From positions 1 through 35,767 of the IMG/VR virus record IMGVR_UViG_3300005573_000195: 35,767 nt of DNA; one strand, written 5' to 3'. The position numbers were made by a program, and so were the translations under genes. Position 1 is the first letter of the stretch. Each line of letters starts with the position of its first letter. Origin of the DNA: a virus (taxonomy: Duplodnaviria; Caudoviricetes). Below the pieces are notes generated by a model. It was not told the DNA's origin and made no database searches. It saw only the letters and a program-made list of their open reading frames with translations. Shown in pieces: positions 19,326 through 28,345 of the stretch.

Positions 19326-20300
19326 TTAAAGACCAGGATTGCCAACAATTCCTCGATAGTCAAACGCACCCACTTTATGTTCAAAATGGATGTCGTAAAC
19401 AAACACCTTAGTGTCATCATCAAACCAAGTTTCGCTAACAACCGGTTTGAAGATAACATCTTTTAGGGGTGAGAACAATCCATCCACAATGAACCAAGCA
19501 GTATCAGAACCGCCATTGGCAGAGGATAGGAATGGAGAAGTTACCATAATCCATCCCTGACCACGCCACACGTTGACATTGTTGTTGTTAGTATCCGGAA
19601 TCCATTCGGATTCTAATTGCTCCTTAGCCTTCCTAACCTTAGATGGAGGAACAATAATGTATTTCATTCCACCACCCATTGGCATAGGTTCACCAATATC
19701 ATCAACTTGGTTTTGTAAAACCAAAACCATTGATTCAATTGATGTTGGGCTAATGTCAGAAGCGGTTACAACATTAGAATGAGTTCCACCAATTTTGTCT
19801 GGGTGAGACGTAGAGCAAAGAGCAACACCGTCTCCATAGTCAAATAAATGCTTTGCCGTTGCTACAGCAAAAGCCTTATTGAGCCTATCAAATCGGTGTC
19901 GGGCCCTTGTATTCATCCAGGCATAATTAAGTTTAGAAACTTCATCTAATGCTTTCTGATACAAGGTGTCTCTCCTTTCAACTGATTCTCTGGAAACTTT
20001 AATTCTTCGGGAGAATTTGTATGGTTCAACCGAAGTAATGTAGGAAGGAACATAAGAGGTTTCAGGAAACGCCTGACGTTCCTCAGTTGGTAAAAGCTCT
20101 GAAACACCAGTAATAGCAATTGATTCCAATCGTTGTCTACCAACCGCATTCACTTCCTCGAACAATGCTCCAGTTTTGTTTGTGACATCAAGATAGACAT
20201 TTGCATCATAAGCCGACACCTGCTTTTCTGCTTGGTCGGTAATATAAGCAAATTCCGCACGAACACCCCTGAGCAATATATCAATATCACGAGTAAGCAT
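19326..20300 (-). CDS. Major capsid protein (HK97 fold, Mu gpT-like family)
   Basis: GDGVALCSTSHP, IIVPPS, SPFLS...SDTAWFI and C-terminal DYRGIVGNPG motifs; follows scaffold and decoration genes. Confidence 0.85.
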   Translation of the reverse strand: MLTRDIDILLRGVRAEFAYITDQAEKQVSAYDANVYLDVTNKTGALFEEVNAVGRQRLESIAITGVSELLPTEERQAFPETSYVPSYITSVEPYKFSRRIKVSRESVERRDTLYQKALDEVSKLNYAWMNTRARHRFDRLNKAFAVATAKHLFDYGDGVALCSTSHPDKIGGTHSNVVTASDISPTSIESMVLVLQNQVDDIGEPMPMGGGMKYIIVPPSKVRKAKEQLESEWIPDTNNNNVNVWRGQGWIMVTSPFLSSANGGSDTAWFIVDGLFSPLKDVIFKPVVSETWFDDDTKVFVYDIHFEHKVGAFDYRGIVGNPGL

Positions 20301-20316
20301 GTATTACTGATTAATA

Positions 20317-20859
20317 TTAGTCTCTAGTATAGAGAGCTTTTACAACCTTTCCTCTAATTTTAGCAGTCGAACCGCTAATTAATCCCAAAGACAAGACTTG
20401 TAATGGAGCGCTGGCGTTATCTGAAGAGATAACGCTTGACTCGTCTACTGTTCTGGCATCGGCCAAGTCAAAATAAACAAATGGCTGATCAGACCCAGAA
20501 GTAGTTCCAGCGGCAGCATTCAAATCCATTTCAAGTTCCATTTCAGAAGTGAATGGCACAACCACAGCATAAATTTGGGCGTTTGTAGTATTGTCAGCTG
20601 CTGTCGTTACTTGATTAGGAGTAAGTGACGGGTCTTGTCCATATGTAGGATAGACTTCGCCGTTTTTCTTAGCAAAACCAACAACTACTCCCAATAAATA
20701 TTTACCACCAGCAACATTGGCAGTGGCGTTCGTAGCATAAACAACGCCACTTGTTGACAAAGTAGTGGTAACAGCATCACCAACTTTTACAGTTAAACTA
20801 TTTCCCAAAAGAACAAGCTGTGTCTGAGCAGTTCTTAAGTCTACAAGAGGTTTTAACAT
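20317..20859 (-). CDS. Putative capsid decoration / cement protein
   Basis: A/T/V/G-rich 180 aa (VKVGDAV, LLGVVVGF) between scaffold and capsid genes. Confidence 0.55.
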   Translation of the reverse strand: MLKPLVDLRTAQTQLVLLGNSLTVKVGDAVTTTLSTSGVVYATNATANVAGGKYLLGVVVGFAKKNGEVYPTYGQDPSLTPNQVTTAADNTTNAQIYAVVVPFTSEMELEMDLNAAAGTTSGSDQPFVYFDLADARTVDESSVISSDNASAPLQVLSLGLISGSTAKIRGKVVKALYTRD

Positions 20860-20883
20860 TTCTCTCTATAAAAAATCTCGACC

Positions 20884-21492
20884 TTATATTTTACCCCTTC
20901 TCTTTAAATCCCTGTAGGCCGCCTCCGGAATTCCAGTAATTCTGATAGCTTCCCTGTCTTCCGCAGTAAGCTCAACCTCTTCCTCTCTCGTTTCCTTTCC
21001 TAGCCCAGAAAACGCTGAGCCAGAAGCATTCTTGAGAAATTCATCAACATTCCCAGAAAGTTGTTTAATTTTCTGTTCAAGTTGAATGTATTTCTCTGGA
21101 TTAAGGATAAGGTGAGACCTAATTAAATCTCCGTAAATCAGGTCAGCATCTACAGAACCACTTTTAATTCTTTCAAAGACCTCAAGGACTTTCTTTTGGG
21201 ATTCCGGGTCAGAATACCCAAAATCTGCGAAGAATTTTTTCGTTGCCTTCGCTCTTTGTTCTTCTTCAAACTTTTCCTGAAATGTTAAATCTTTTTGCCT
21301 TCTTTCTTCTCTTTTAGCAGTCAAATCCGCTGTAATTCTTTCTAATTCTTTTTCTAGGGCAGATTTTTTGTTTTCGTAATCTTCTACTGTGGTTTTTATT
21401 TTTTCTAATTCCTCTTGCTTTGTTTTTAATTCTTGCTCTGTTTTTTCAAGTTCCTCTATTTGTTTCTGAAGTTCGTTATCTGTGTTTAACAT
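20884..21492 (-). CDS. Putative capsid scaffolding protein
   Basis: Charged coiled coil ending in helix-turn-helix LTAEDREAIRITGIPEAAYRDLK; position upstream of the capsid gene. Confidence 0.65.
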   Translation of the reverse strand: MLNTDNELQKQIEELEKTEQELKTKQEELEKIKTTVEDYENKKSALEKELERITADLTAKREERRQKDLTFQEKFEEEQRAKATKKFFADFGYSDPESQKKVLEVFERIKSGSVDADLIYGDLIRSHLILNPEKYIQLEQKIKQLSGNVDEFLKNASGSAFSGLGKETREEEVELTAEDREAIRITGIPEAAYRDLKRRGKI

Positions 21493-21531
21493 TTGTGTAT
21501 ATTGTGTGTATATATTATGTGTTTCGACCTT

Positions 21532-21572
21532 GAACCTTCGCCCGATTTAATGGGGCGGCGACCCCCAGGTTC
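21532..21572 (-). promoter_or_regulatory. Stem-loop in the scaffold gene leader
   Basis: GAACCT...AGGTTC outer stem with inner CGCCC/GGGCG (or TCGCC/GGCGA) stem, directly before AAGGTCG. Confidence 0.5.
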
Positions 21573-21791
21573 TTATTTTATTTTTATTTTTGGCATTTTA
21601 ATATTTTGTGTTCTAAATGATTTTACCGCAATTCCCCTAATACTTTTCATTTTAATTGGCTTAATCCTCAGTGGCTTTATCCTAGAAATATTTGTTCTTA
21701 TCCCCGGTTTATAGGCTAATGGTTTTCTCCTAGTCATACTTCTATTTTTAATCCCTTTTAAAAAAATGTCAATGCTTCGAGTGGTAATCAT
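21573..21791 (-). CDS. Very basic K/R/I-rich 72-aa protein
   Basis: Almost no acidic residues; coupled to the upstream small ORF. Confidence 0.55.
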   Translation of the reverse strand: MITTRSIDIFLKGIKNRSMTRRKPLAYKPGIRTNISRIKPLRIKPIKMKSIRGIAVKSFRTQNIKMPKIKIK

Positions 21792-21793
21792 TA

Positions 21794-21928
21794 TTATTTC
21801 ATGTGCTTAAAGGTTTCCATCTGCTTAACTCTTTTTTTGCAGCTGCTTAATGTTTTATAAACCTTTGGGTATAATCCGCCCTTGCTTCTTTTTATTTTAT
21901 ATCCACTCGAAACCTTAATGCACGGCAT
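21794..21928 (-). CDS. 44-aa basic protein MPCIKVSSGYKIKRSKGGLYPKVYKTLSSCKKRVKQMETFKHMK
   Basis: Manual translation, below the track cutoff; AAAAAGGTCG 19 nt upstream. Confidence 0.6.
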   Translation of the reverse strand: MPCIKVSSGYKIKRSKGGLYPKVYKTLSSCKKRVKQMETFKHMK

Positions 21929-21978
21929 ATTATTTTTTTTATTTATTCGACCTTTTTAAACATATTTAAACATATTTT

Positions 21979-22335
21979 CTAGGCACCTTTGTCTTTGTTC
22001 CATTTTTGAAGGAAAGTATCTCTTGAAATTGTTTTTTCTACTTTCTCCTCCTCAACTTTTACTTCTCCAACATTTGAAACATCAAATGATTGATATAATC
22101 TATTTTCTGCTAATTGTCCTCTAATAAAATCAGGACTCCTGTCTTTAAAGGCAAGATTTTTTAAAATCATCATTTCTCTCTTTTTTAACCAATCTTTCAA
22201 ATAAGGAACCCGTGAAAATGATTCTTGCCAGACATTTACACCCTCAATGTTGTCAATCGGATAAAAATTTTCCTTTTCCAAAATAACACTCCATAACTTT
22301 TCTGGTTTTATAAACTTTAATAAAAATTTAATCAT
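21979..22335 (-). CDS. Hypothetical protein downstream of portal
   Basis: 118 aa ORF in the operon. Confidence 0.65.
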   Translation of the reverse strand: MIKFLLKFIKPEKLWSVILEKENFYPIDNIEGVNVWQESFSRVPYLKDWLKKREMMILKNLAFKDRSPDFIRGQLAENRLYQSFDVSNVGEVKVEEEKVEKTISRDTFLQKWNKDKGA

Positions 22336-22350
22336 ATAATTATTTTATGA

Positions 22351-24351
22351 TTATCTTGTTATATTTTTTAAAATATTTTCTGGTGCTATTCCCTCATTAA
22401 CCATTCTCGACCCGGGGCCACTTGGTCCAAACATTTGACCCCTTAATGTTTGGTTATAACGATTAACCTCTGGTAATTGAGATGGTTGAGGAACATTGAC
22501 CGAAGACACCCCAAATCTTTCTTTTTCATATTCAGCCAAAACCTCATCTTCTACCAAATCGGAAATATTTTCATTAAATTTCTCGGTAATTCGGAATAAA
22601 GATTTTTTAGGAGATAATAAACCAGTATTTCCAAAAAGATTCCAAATTGTAGTAATATAATCAAGATAAAGGGCCCTTTCTGTTTCTGGAGAATTTTCTA
22701 TTTCAAAATTAATTTTAATATCAAAGTTTAATGATTGTAATGCTTTTGGTGTTACCTCAATAATTTCAACCCTTTCCTTTCCCAAAAGAGAACGTAAATA
22801 AGATTCCTTTCTTAGTTCTTCTGGGGGAGAAACATTGTCTGCAATTCTTATTTCTCTATTTCCCAATCCACCACCGAAAAGACCAACACCAACCAATGAC
22901 AAAATTTTATGAAAATATTTATTACCAAGAACCTTTTCTACCTTTTTGGCTGTATAAAATTGAATCATATTTTTCAGGACCAACCAAACTTTTTGTTCTA
23001 ATAAGTCCTGATAAAACAGAAAATACAATCCAGCAGTTTCTCTTTGTTGTTGAGATTCAATGCTTTTTTCCGTAGCGGAACGTGGTTGCTTTGTTGCTAT
23101 AATTGGACCAACACCACCAGAACCAGTTCTTTGAATAATTCCCTGAAGGGTTGTTAGCGCATTCCAATAAGAACCAGAAGTTGGAGCAATTTGAAGTTCT
23201 CGATAATTGGCATTAGGGTCACCCTGAACCTGATAAAACCTTCCGGCCTTATATTCTAAACCAACCTCAATAGATGGGTCATTGGTAAGAATAGGAGCAG
23301 CAACAGACCTCTCTTCTCTATCAAGCAACAACTCCCACATTCTGTTTAATGCTTCCTGTGGAGATTTAACCTTTTGTGCTAATGGCATTCCATAAAAGAA
23401 ATTAGCATCAATTGGTTCAAAAATTGTTTTTGCGAAAGGAAGTTTTTTATGATTCCAGGGCAGTGGAGCAACTTCTTGTCCTCCCCTTCTTTTTATTGGA
23501 TTTAATAATACCCCATTGGCAATAATAGCATATTGGTCTTTAGCAGCATTAAAATATTTAATAACCTCCACAAAGTCCCCGCCCCTCACATCGTAAGCCA
23601 AAAAGTCTTTAAAGATTGAATTATCAGCAAATTGTGAACCAGGATAAACAAAGTCAATGCTTTCATACCCCTCGAATGAATTTTTGAAATCTGACCACTT
23701 CATTAATGTTCTCCAAATTAATTCTTCCTGCTCTTGAATGTTTGGTTCCCAAATCTTAGGAACATAAAGGTCTTCTAAATTAACAATAGTCTCCTTAACA
23801 TCTGACTCATCTTTAGTATCTTCTTCATATTCGGTCTCTCCAGTCTCTGGATTATGAAGAGTAATGTTTTTTACTTTCTTAACTCTTGAATTATAGGCAA
23901 TAAATGTAACAACGGTTCCGTTGATAACGTTATAAAGAAATTGCCAGAAGTTTTCTATTTTTCGATTTGTTTTTCTTCGCCAATATTCAAACAAGTCCTT
24001 TAAAATTGTTGCTTTAATAATATCAAAACCCTCAACACCCTCGAATACCGGTTTTAATTTTAAATTGGCTATTTTGGACAAAATCTGAATTATCTCATTC
24101 CTTGTTTCTGGAAAGAAAAATTGTGGAGTGTCTTGGTCAAAAGAAACAGGAAGATAACCCCAAAATTTTTTTCTGGCCTCTAAAAGATAATTAGTTAATG
24201 TCTGGTTATTAAATTGTTTATACGGCTGCTCTCTTAAACTTCTCCATTTAATGTATTTTTCATAGACATCAAAAATAAATTCTTGAATATTTTTCGGTGG
24301 GCGGTAGAATTCTTCTAATAAAATCTTTTTGGGATTAGATGAGTTTTCCAT
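22351..24351 (-). CDS. Portal protein (P22-like)
   Basis: 666 aa; EDLYVP, LPWNHKKLPF, FYGMPLAQKVKSPQEALN and SATE motifs typical of podoviral portals. Confidence 0.85.
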   Translation of the reverse strand: MENSSNPKKILLEEFYRPPKNIQEFIFDVYEKYIKWRSLREQPYKQFNNQTLTNYLLEARKKFWGYLPVSFDQDTPQFFFPETRNEIIQILSKIANLKLKPVFEGVEGFDIIKATILKDLFEYWRRKTNRKIENFWQFLYNVINGTVVTFIAYNSRVKKVKNITLHNPETGETEYEEDTKDESDVKETIVNLEDLYVPKIWEPNIQEQEELIWRTLMKWSDFKNSFEGYESIDFVYPGSQFADNSIFKDFLAYDVRGGDFVEVIKYFNAAKDQYAIIANGVLLNPIKRRGGQEVAPLPWNHKKLPFAKTIFEPIDANFFYGMPLAQKVKSPQEALNRMWELLLDREERSVAAPILTNDPSIEVGLEYKAGRFYQVQGDPNANYRELQIAPTSGSYWNALTTLQGIIQRTGSGGVGPIIATKQPRSATEKSIESQQQRETAGLYFLFYQDLLEQKVWLVLKNMIQFYTAKKVEKVLGNKYFHKILSLVGVGLFGGGLGNREIRIADNVSPPEELRKESYLRSLLGKERVEIIEVTPKALQSLNFDIKINFEIENSPETERALYLDYITTIWNLFGNTGLLSPKKSLFRITEKFNENISDLVEDEVLAEYEKERFGVSSVNVPQPSQLPEVNRYNQTLRGQMFGPSGPGSRMVNEGIAPENILKNITR

Positions 24352-24673
24352 AATCCAGCCTTATGTTTTTAACTCTCGACTTTATTGAATTTAGAGTTTT
24401 CACGGGGATTAAATTTAATTTTAAAAGCCTTATAACATTTCTTATCTTATCTAAATGATAATCTATTGTCAAATCATTTGTTTGTTCTTTGGTCATTAAT
24501 ATCTTATAAATAATAATTCTTTTCCAGAAGAAAACAATCAATTTCTGGTCAGGAAACAAAACCGCTCCTATATCTGGGTCAATATCCTGAACCTTTTTAA
24601 CGAGATGTTTAACGAAAACCTTATCATACCAAACATCTATTTTTTTCTCTTTAATTAAATCCCTTCCTAGCAT
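24335..24673 (-). CDS. Hypothetical protein
   Basis: 112 aa ORF overlapping the portal start. Confidence 0.6.
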   Translation of the reverse strand: MLGRDLIKEKKIDVWYDKVFVKHLVKKVQDIDPDIGAVLFPDQKLIVFFWKRIIIYKILMTKEQTNDLTIDYHLDKIRNVIRLLKLNLIPVKTLNSIKSRVKNIRLDYGKLI

Positions 24674-24696
24674 TTTATTAATATTTTATTAATACC

Positions 24697-25452
24697 TTAA
24701 CTTTCTCTGTTTTTACTTAAATAATCCTGATAAGATTTCATTTTTTCTTCCTGAGAAGATAAATTAATTTTCAAATTCAAAAGGGTGAGATTGGGATTTT
24801 TGTTCCCTATTTTTGACATGTGATACATAGAATAAATATCTCTCAATGCCTTGCTCTTCATTCCAAGATTAGCCTTTTTAATATCTTTAGGAGACAAGAA
24901 CTGAAGAATTGTATAAATCTTATCTAGGGCAATGTTTTGAATTTCCCATAAAAGGGATTCGGCCTTTCCTATTGGTGGAATATTTTCCTTGTAAGAAGAA
25001 TCAACAATGCGGGGAACTAACTTCCTATCTTCATCTACAACCATTATGACATTCGTTAGAACCCTCTCGTATCCACCGCTTTTTAAAGCATCATAAATTT
25101 CTTTGGTAATAAAAGCGGGCCTTGCTCTTAAGAAATCAAGAATGTTTTTAAACTTAATAATTAATGTTTTATATGCTTTCTTTAATTCATTCTTATCATT
25201 AGACGCTGGCAACAAACCAAACCAGGAAAGAATTGTTTTTAGGGTTTTCAGCTCTATATCCGTAAATGTTTCTATTCTACTCCCAGAGCCGCTCTTTAGC
25301 GCTTTTACGGAGTTTTTTCTTGCCCCGAAGAAGTAAATAATCCTAACAATCTGTTCTTCCGTTAAATTAAAAATATATCCAGTATCTTTTGACGAATTAC
25401 TAATAACTGGATTTTCTACAACCAAATCAGTTTTTTGAAGTTTTTTATTCAT
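24697..25452 (-). CDS. Hypothetical protein, possible terminase small subunit
   Basis: First gene of the structural operon; helical LSPKDIKKANLGMKSKALRDIYSM followed by strand-like NLTLLNLKINL, reminiscent of TerS C-termini. Confidence 0.35.
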   Translation of the reverse strand: MNKKLQKTDLVVENPVISNSSKDTGYIFNLTEEQIVRIIYFFGARKNSVKALKSGSGSRIETFTDIELKTLKTILSWFGLLPASNDKNELKKAYKTLIIKFKNILDFLRARPAFITKEIYDALKSGGYERVLTNVIMVVDEDRKLVPRIVDSSYKENIPPIGKAESLLWEIQNIALDKIYTILQFLSPKDIKKANLGMKSKALRDIYSMYHMSKIGNKNPNLTLLNLKINLSSQEEKMKSYQDYLSKNRES

Positions 25453-25459
25453 TAATATG

Positions 25460-25488
25460 ATTGTAGAAGAAAAATATTAGAGTGTCAA
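25460..25488 (-). promoter_or_regulatory. Sigma70-type promoter TTGACA-N17-TACAAT
   Basis: -35 at 25488-25483, -10 at 25465-25460, exact 17-nt spacer, 7 nt before ATG 25452. Confidence 0.8.
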
Positions 25489-25608
25489 TAAAGTGGTATG
25501 GGAGATAATGTCTGAATTAGTGTGAGGGGTATAGCAACTTCTCCAGACCAAAACACCGAACATACCCCCCCCTGACACCCCTTTTTGTATTGTCTTATAC
25601 ACAAAAAT

Positions 25609-25636
25609 GTGTCGCACAATATGTATTGTCCGACAC
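25609..25636. other. dif-like 11-6-11 palindromic site GTGTCGCACAA-TATGTA-TTGTCCGACAC
   Basis: 28 bp; arms inverted with 1 mismatch; the CGCAyAA-N6-TT core resembles the XerC arm and spacer of E. coli dif (GGTGCGCATAA TGTATA TTATGTTAAAT). Confidence 0.6.
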
Positions 25637-25836
25637 ACACACAAACAAAAACGAGAAAAAATGTAGATTTGATGCGGTTTTTTTCAAATATGATTGATTT
25701 TATAAGGTTGGTGATAAGGGCTCCAGTCTGTACTTTCCCACCCCCTTTTACAATCCAACACCCCCCCTACAATTCCTTTTTGACTTTTTGAGCTTATATA
25801 TAGAAAAAGGTCGCTCATTCATTACAAAACAACAAT

Positions 25837-26115
25837 ATGAACTCAAAGCTAAATGTATTAGATATCACTCTTTGGATGACTTGTCCAGTTTTAGCTTCTA
25901 AAACCAAAGACAGCGCTTCAGTGCTATCAGTTATAGACAAAAAGGATGGAGCAATCAGAGTTCTTAATAATGCAACGAAGCGTATATACGAAGTGTCAAT
26001 TCAACATAGCATTACAAATGAACCATACTTGAAAATCAGCTATCAAAACTTCAGCCGAAAATTCTATCTTGCAGTAGCAGCGGCACAAAGCATTGATTTA
26101 TCAATGCTAAAATAA
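25837..26115 (+). CDS. Hypothetical early-region protein
   Basis: 92 aa; AAAAAGGTCG 23 nt upstream. Confidence 0.65.
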   Translation: MNSKLNVLDITLWMTCPVLASKTKDSASVLSVIDKKDGAIRVLNNATKRIYEVSIQHSITNEPYLKISYQNFSRKFYLAVAAAQSIDLSMLK

Positions 26116-26215
26116 CTTCTGGAGGCTATTTTATAACGGGAATTTAAAGAGGAATTAGGAATTGAAAATAATAAAAAGTATATATAAAAAGGTCGGCAAA
26201 AATTATAACGAAATA

Positions 26216-26386
26216 ATGACAAAAAAACATTTTAAGCTAATAGCTTTTATTTTAAAAAGAATTTTCAGCGAGCTGAACTTATCCTATCAAGACAAAGAAA
26301 CGATTTATAGCTACTTTATCAAATACCTTCAACAAGAAAATGAACGCTTTAATGCTACAAAATTTTACGAAGCAGTTTTTAAATAA
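26216..26386 (+). CDS. Small phage protein MTKKHFKLIA...ERFNATKFYEAVFK
   Basis: Start reassigned to ATG 26216 (motif 20 nt upstream); resembles the MTxKHF...RF...F pattern of small phage proteins. Confidence 0.65.
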   Translation: MTKKHFKLIAFILKRIFSELNLSYQDKETIYSYFIKYLQQENERFNATKFYEAVFK

Positions 26387-26412
26387 AGGTCGGTTTTTTA
26401 AAAAAAACAACA

Positions 26413-26550
26413 ATGAAACTCAAAAAACAACAACCAAAAAATGTAATTAAAAAAGTCAAGGAAAACATAGAAAGCATAAAGCAAATATACGGAAACGAAT
26501 GGCAATGGCAGGATATACCAGCTTTTATACGCTACCAAATCAAAAAATAA
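26413..26550 (+). CDS. 45-aa hypothetical protein MKLKKQQPKNVIKKVKENIESIKQIYGNEWQWQDIPAFIRYQIKK
   Basis: Manual translation; bracketed by two AAAGGTCGG motifs. Confidence 0.55.
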   Translation: MKLKKQQPKNVIKKVKENIESIKQIYGNEWQWQDIPAFIRYQIKK

Positions 26551-26575
26551 AGGTCGGAAAAAAAATTCAAATAAA

Positions 26576-27130
26576 ATGTCCACGCTAAACTTTCATAAAC
26601 AAAATGCAAGTTATTACTATGTTATTGAAGAAGACGAGAACGAAGAGTGGAGCTTAAAAGAAGAAGAAATTATAAATGCTTTAGAAAAGGTTGGATATCG
26701 GGATATCAGGCACCTAAATCAATGGGACAACAACAACAGTAAAATTATAGCACGCAAACAGATAGAATTAAATTTTATTAGCGCTTACATTGAAGTCATT
26801 CTACGGGCTGGATATTATACGGGCAGCAATCTTGATTGGAACTACAGATATGAAGACTCTGAAGGCAACGTTATTGATATTGAAGAAGATTATAGCAGCG
26901 ATTTTTATGATTATTTAGATGAAGAAGACAAAGAATTTGCTAAAAAAATAAAGAAAGAGCAGACAAAAATAAAAAGGCTTGTCCAGGAAGAAATTGAAAC
27001 ATTAGAGAAAGCATTTGCTAAAATTACCACTCCGTATGTCCTGGAAGGGGTTTTTAGCAATGGCGAAGGTGTATATCATAGGCTGGACGGGCTTGATTTA
27101 ATCAAAAAAAGCAAAATAAAGGTCAACTAA
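26576..27130 (+). CDS. Hypothetical acidic early protein
   Basis: 184 aa; RAGYYTGSNLDW and FSNGEGVY segments; motif 18 nt upstream. Confidence 0.7.
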   Translation: MSTLNFHKQNASYYYVIEEDENEEWSLKEEEIINALEKVGYRDIRHLNQWDNNNSKIIARKQIELNFISAYIEVILRAGYYTGSNLDWNYRYEDSEGNVIDIEEDYSSDFYDYLDEEDKEFAKKIKKEQTKIKRLVQEEIETLEKAFAKITTPYVLEGVFSNGEGVYHRLDGLDLIKKSKIKVN

Positions 27131-27144
27131 TTAAATAAAAAAAT

Positions 27145-27579
27145 ATGAAATTAAAACTCATTACCGAAAACAAAAAGCCGTTTTTAGTTCTTAAATACGA
27201 AAATGACGAGTGGGGCAGGCTTGCAAGCACATACGAAAAAGTGGGACTACAGCTTGCTGAAGCTCAAAAAATATACGGAAAAAACATCAAGGGCAAAATA
27301 TACAAATTGTCAAACAATGAATTAGCAAGCTATCTACAAGACATTGACGATGTCATCAACGATGTCAACGAAAACATTGTTTCTGCTACTGGCAGGGTCA
27401 ATCTTGGAGTATTGCGCATCGTTCCTAACGAAGAAAACGAAGTAAAAATACCGCTACCAAAATATCTTAATATCGTTGAGTTTAACGATATGGTGCATTT
27501 CATTGGCAGAGCCTTAGAAAGGCTTTTGTCTACAATCACAGTCGCTGAAGTTAATATCATTCAATCATATGAAGAATAG
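27145..27579 (+). CDS. Hypothetical protein
   Basis: 144 aa; AAAGGTCA 19 nt upstream. Confidence 0.7.
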   Translation: MKLKLITENKKPFLVLKYENDEWGRLASTYEKVGLQLAEAQKIYGKNIKGKIYKLSNNELASYLQDIDDVINDVNENIVSATGRVNLGVLRIVPNEENEVKIPLPKYLNIVEFNDMVHFIGRALERLLSTITVAEVNIIQSYEE

Positions 27580-28342
27580 ATATATTACTTCGCTTGGAGT
27601 TGAACTGGAGGGTGGCATAAACGAAAGCGGACTACAAAAAATAAAAGATTATATTAACAACAACAATCTTCGTGAATTCTATTCTTCTACTACGGACGGG
27701 TCGGTAGAAGTTAGAGGGTTTGATATATATAACGCAGAGCTACGATTTTGGCATCCAAACATCAGTCAAGTCCTGAAATTTGTAAAAAAGTGTTTTAGTG
27801 CTGGCTTCACGCAAAACGACACTTGCGGCAATCACATTCATATTAGAGTTCCTGAAAACATACTTCCATTATTAGAATTGCCGTCTTTTTACTTCCAATT
27901 TATTAAAGAATACAAAATACATTATGCTAATAACAAAAAATTTTTAGACAGGCTATCTAATAGATATTGCTCTGCAAGTTATATAGGTTCAAGAGTTGTA
28001 AATCAGCTACGCAGATACGGCAGTGGCAACAGATATGCTTCCATCAATTTTCTTTCATTATTTGAACCTCAAGCTACAGTTGAATTCAGGATATTCCCTC
28101 ATTGCTCTTCTATAGAAGAGTATAAAGAAATGGTTGAGTGGTTTATTGAAACAGTAAATAAACTAATTAAAAAACAATTCAACAAAAGATTGGCAACAAA
28201 ACAAATAAGCGCTAAAACCATACCGCTAACTGACGGATACAACCTGCAATTAGAAACAATCACAAGCAATGAAACCTTTACTGATTACCTAACAAAAACA
28301 ATCAACAACAAAAAATCAAAGGTCATTTACTCATTAAAATAA
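27569..28342 (+). CDS. Putative amidoligase (COOH-NH2 ligase, Amidoligase_2-like)
   Basis: LGVELEG, DGSV, AEL, TCGNHIHI, RYASIN, TVEFRIF motifs. Confidence 0.85.
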   Translation: MKNRYITSLGVELEGGINESGLQKIKDYINNNNLREFYSSTTDGSVEVRGFDIYNAELRFWHPNISQVLKFVKKCFSAGFTQNDTCGNHIHIRVPENILPLLELPSFYFQFIKEYKIHYANNKKFLDRLSNRYCSASYIGSRVVNQLRRYGSGNRYASINFLSLFEPQATVEFRIFPHCSSIEEYKEMVEWFIETVNKLIKKQFNKRLATKQISAKTIPLTDGYNLQLETITSNETFTDYLTKTINNKKSKVIYSLK

Positions 28343-28345
28343 ACA

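Noticed and set aside
19300-19335. Programmed frameshift extending the capsid protein
   Set aside because: No canonical slippery heptamer at the stop, and the -1 frame closes within a few codons.
780-25336. Many 60-130 aa plus-strand and nested ORFs in the track
   Set aside because: They are antisense or out-of-frame shadows of long minus-strand genes with recognisable motifs.
25585-25791. 68-aa plus-strand ORF in the divergent region
   Set aside because: TTG start, atypical composition, overlaps the dif-like site and C-tracts; likely non-coding.
25745-25806. Plus-strand sigma70 promoter for the early block
   Set aside because: TTTACA/TACAAT and TTGACT/TAGAAA pairs have only 15-nt spacers; too weak to call.
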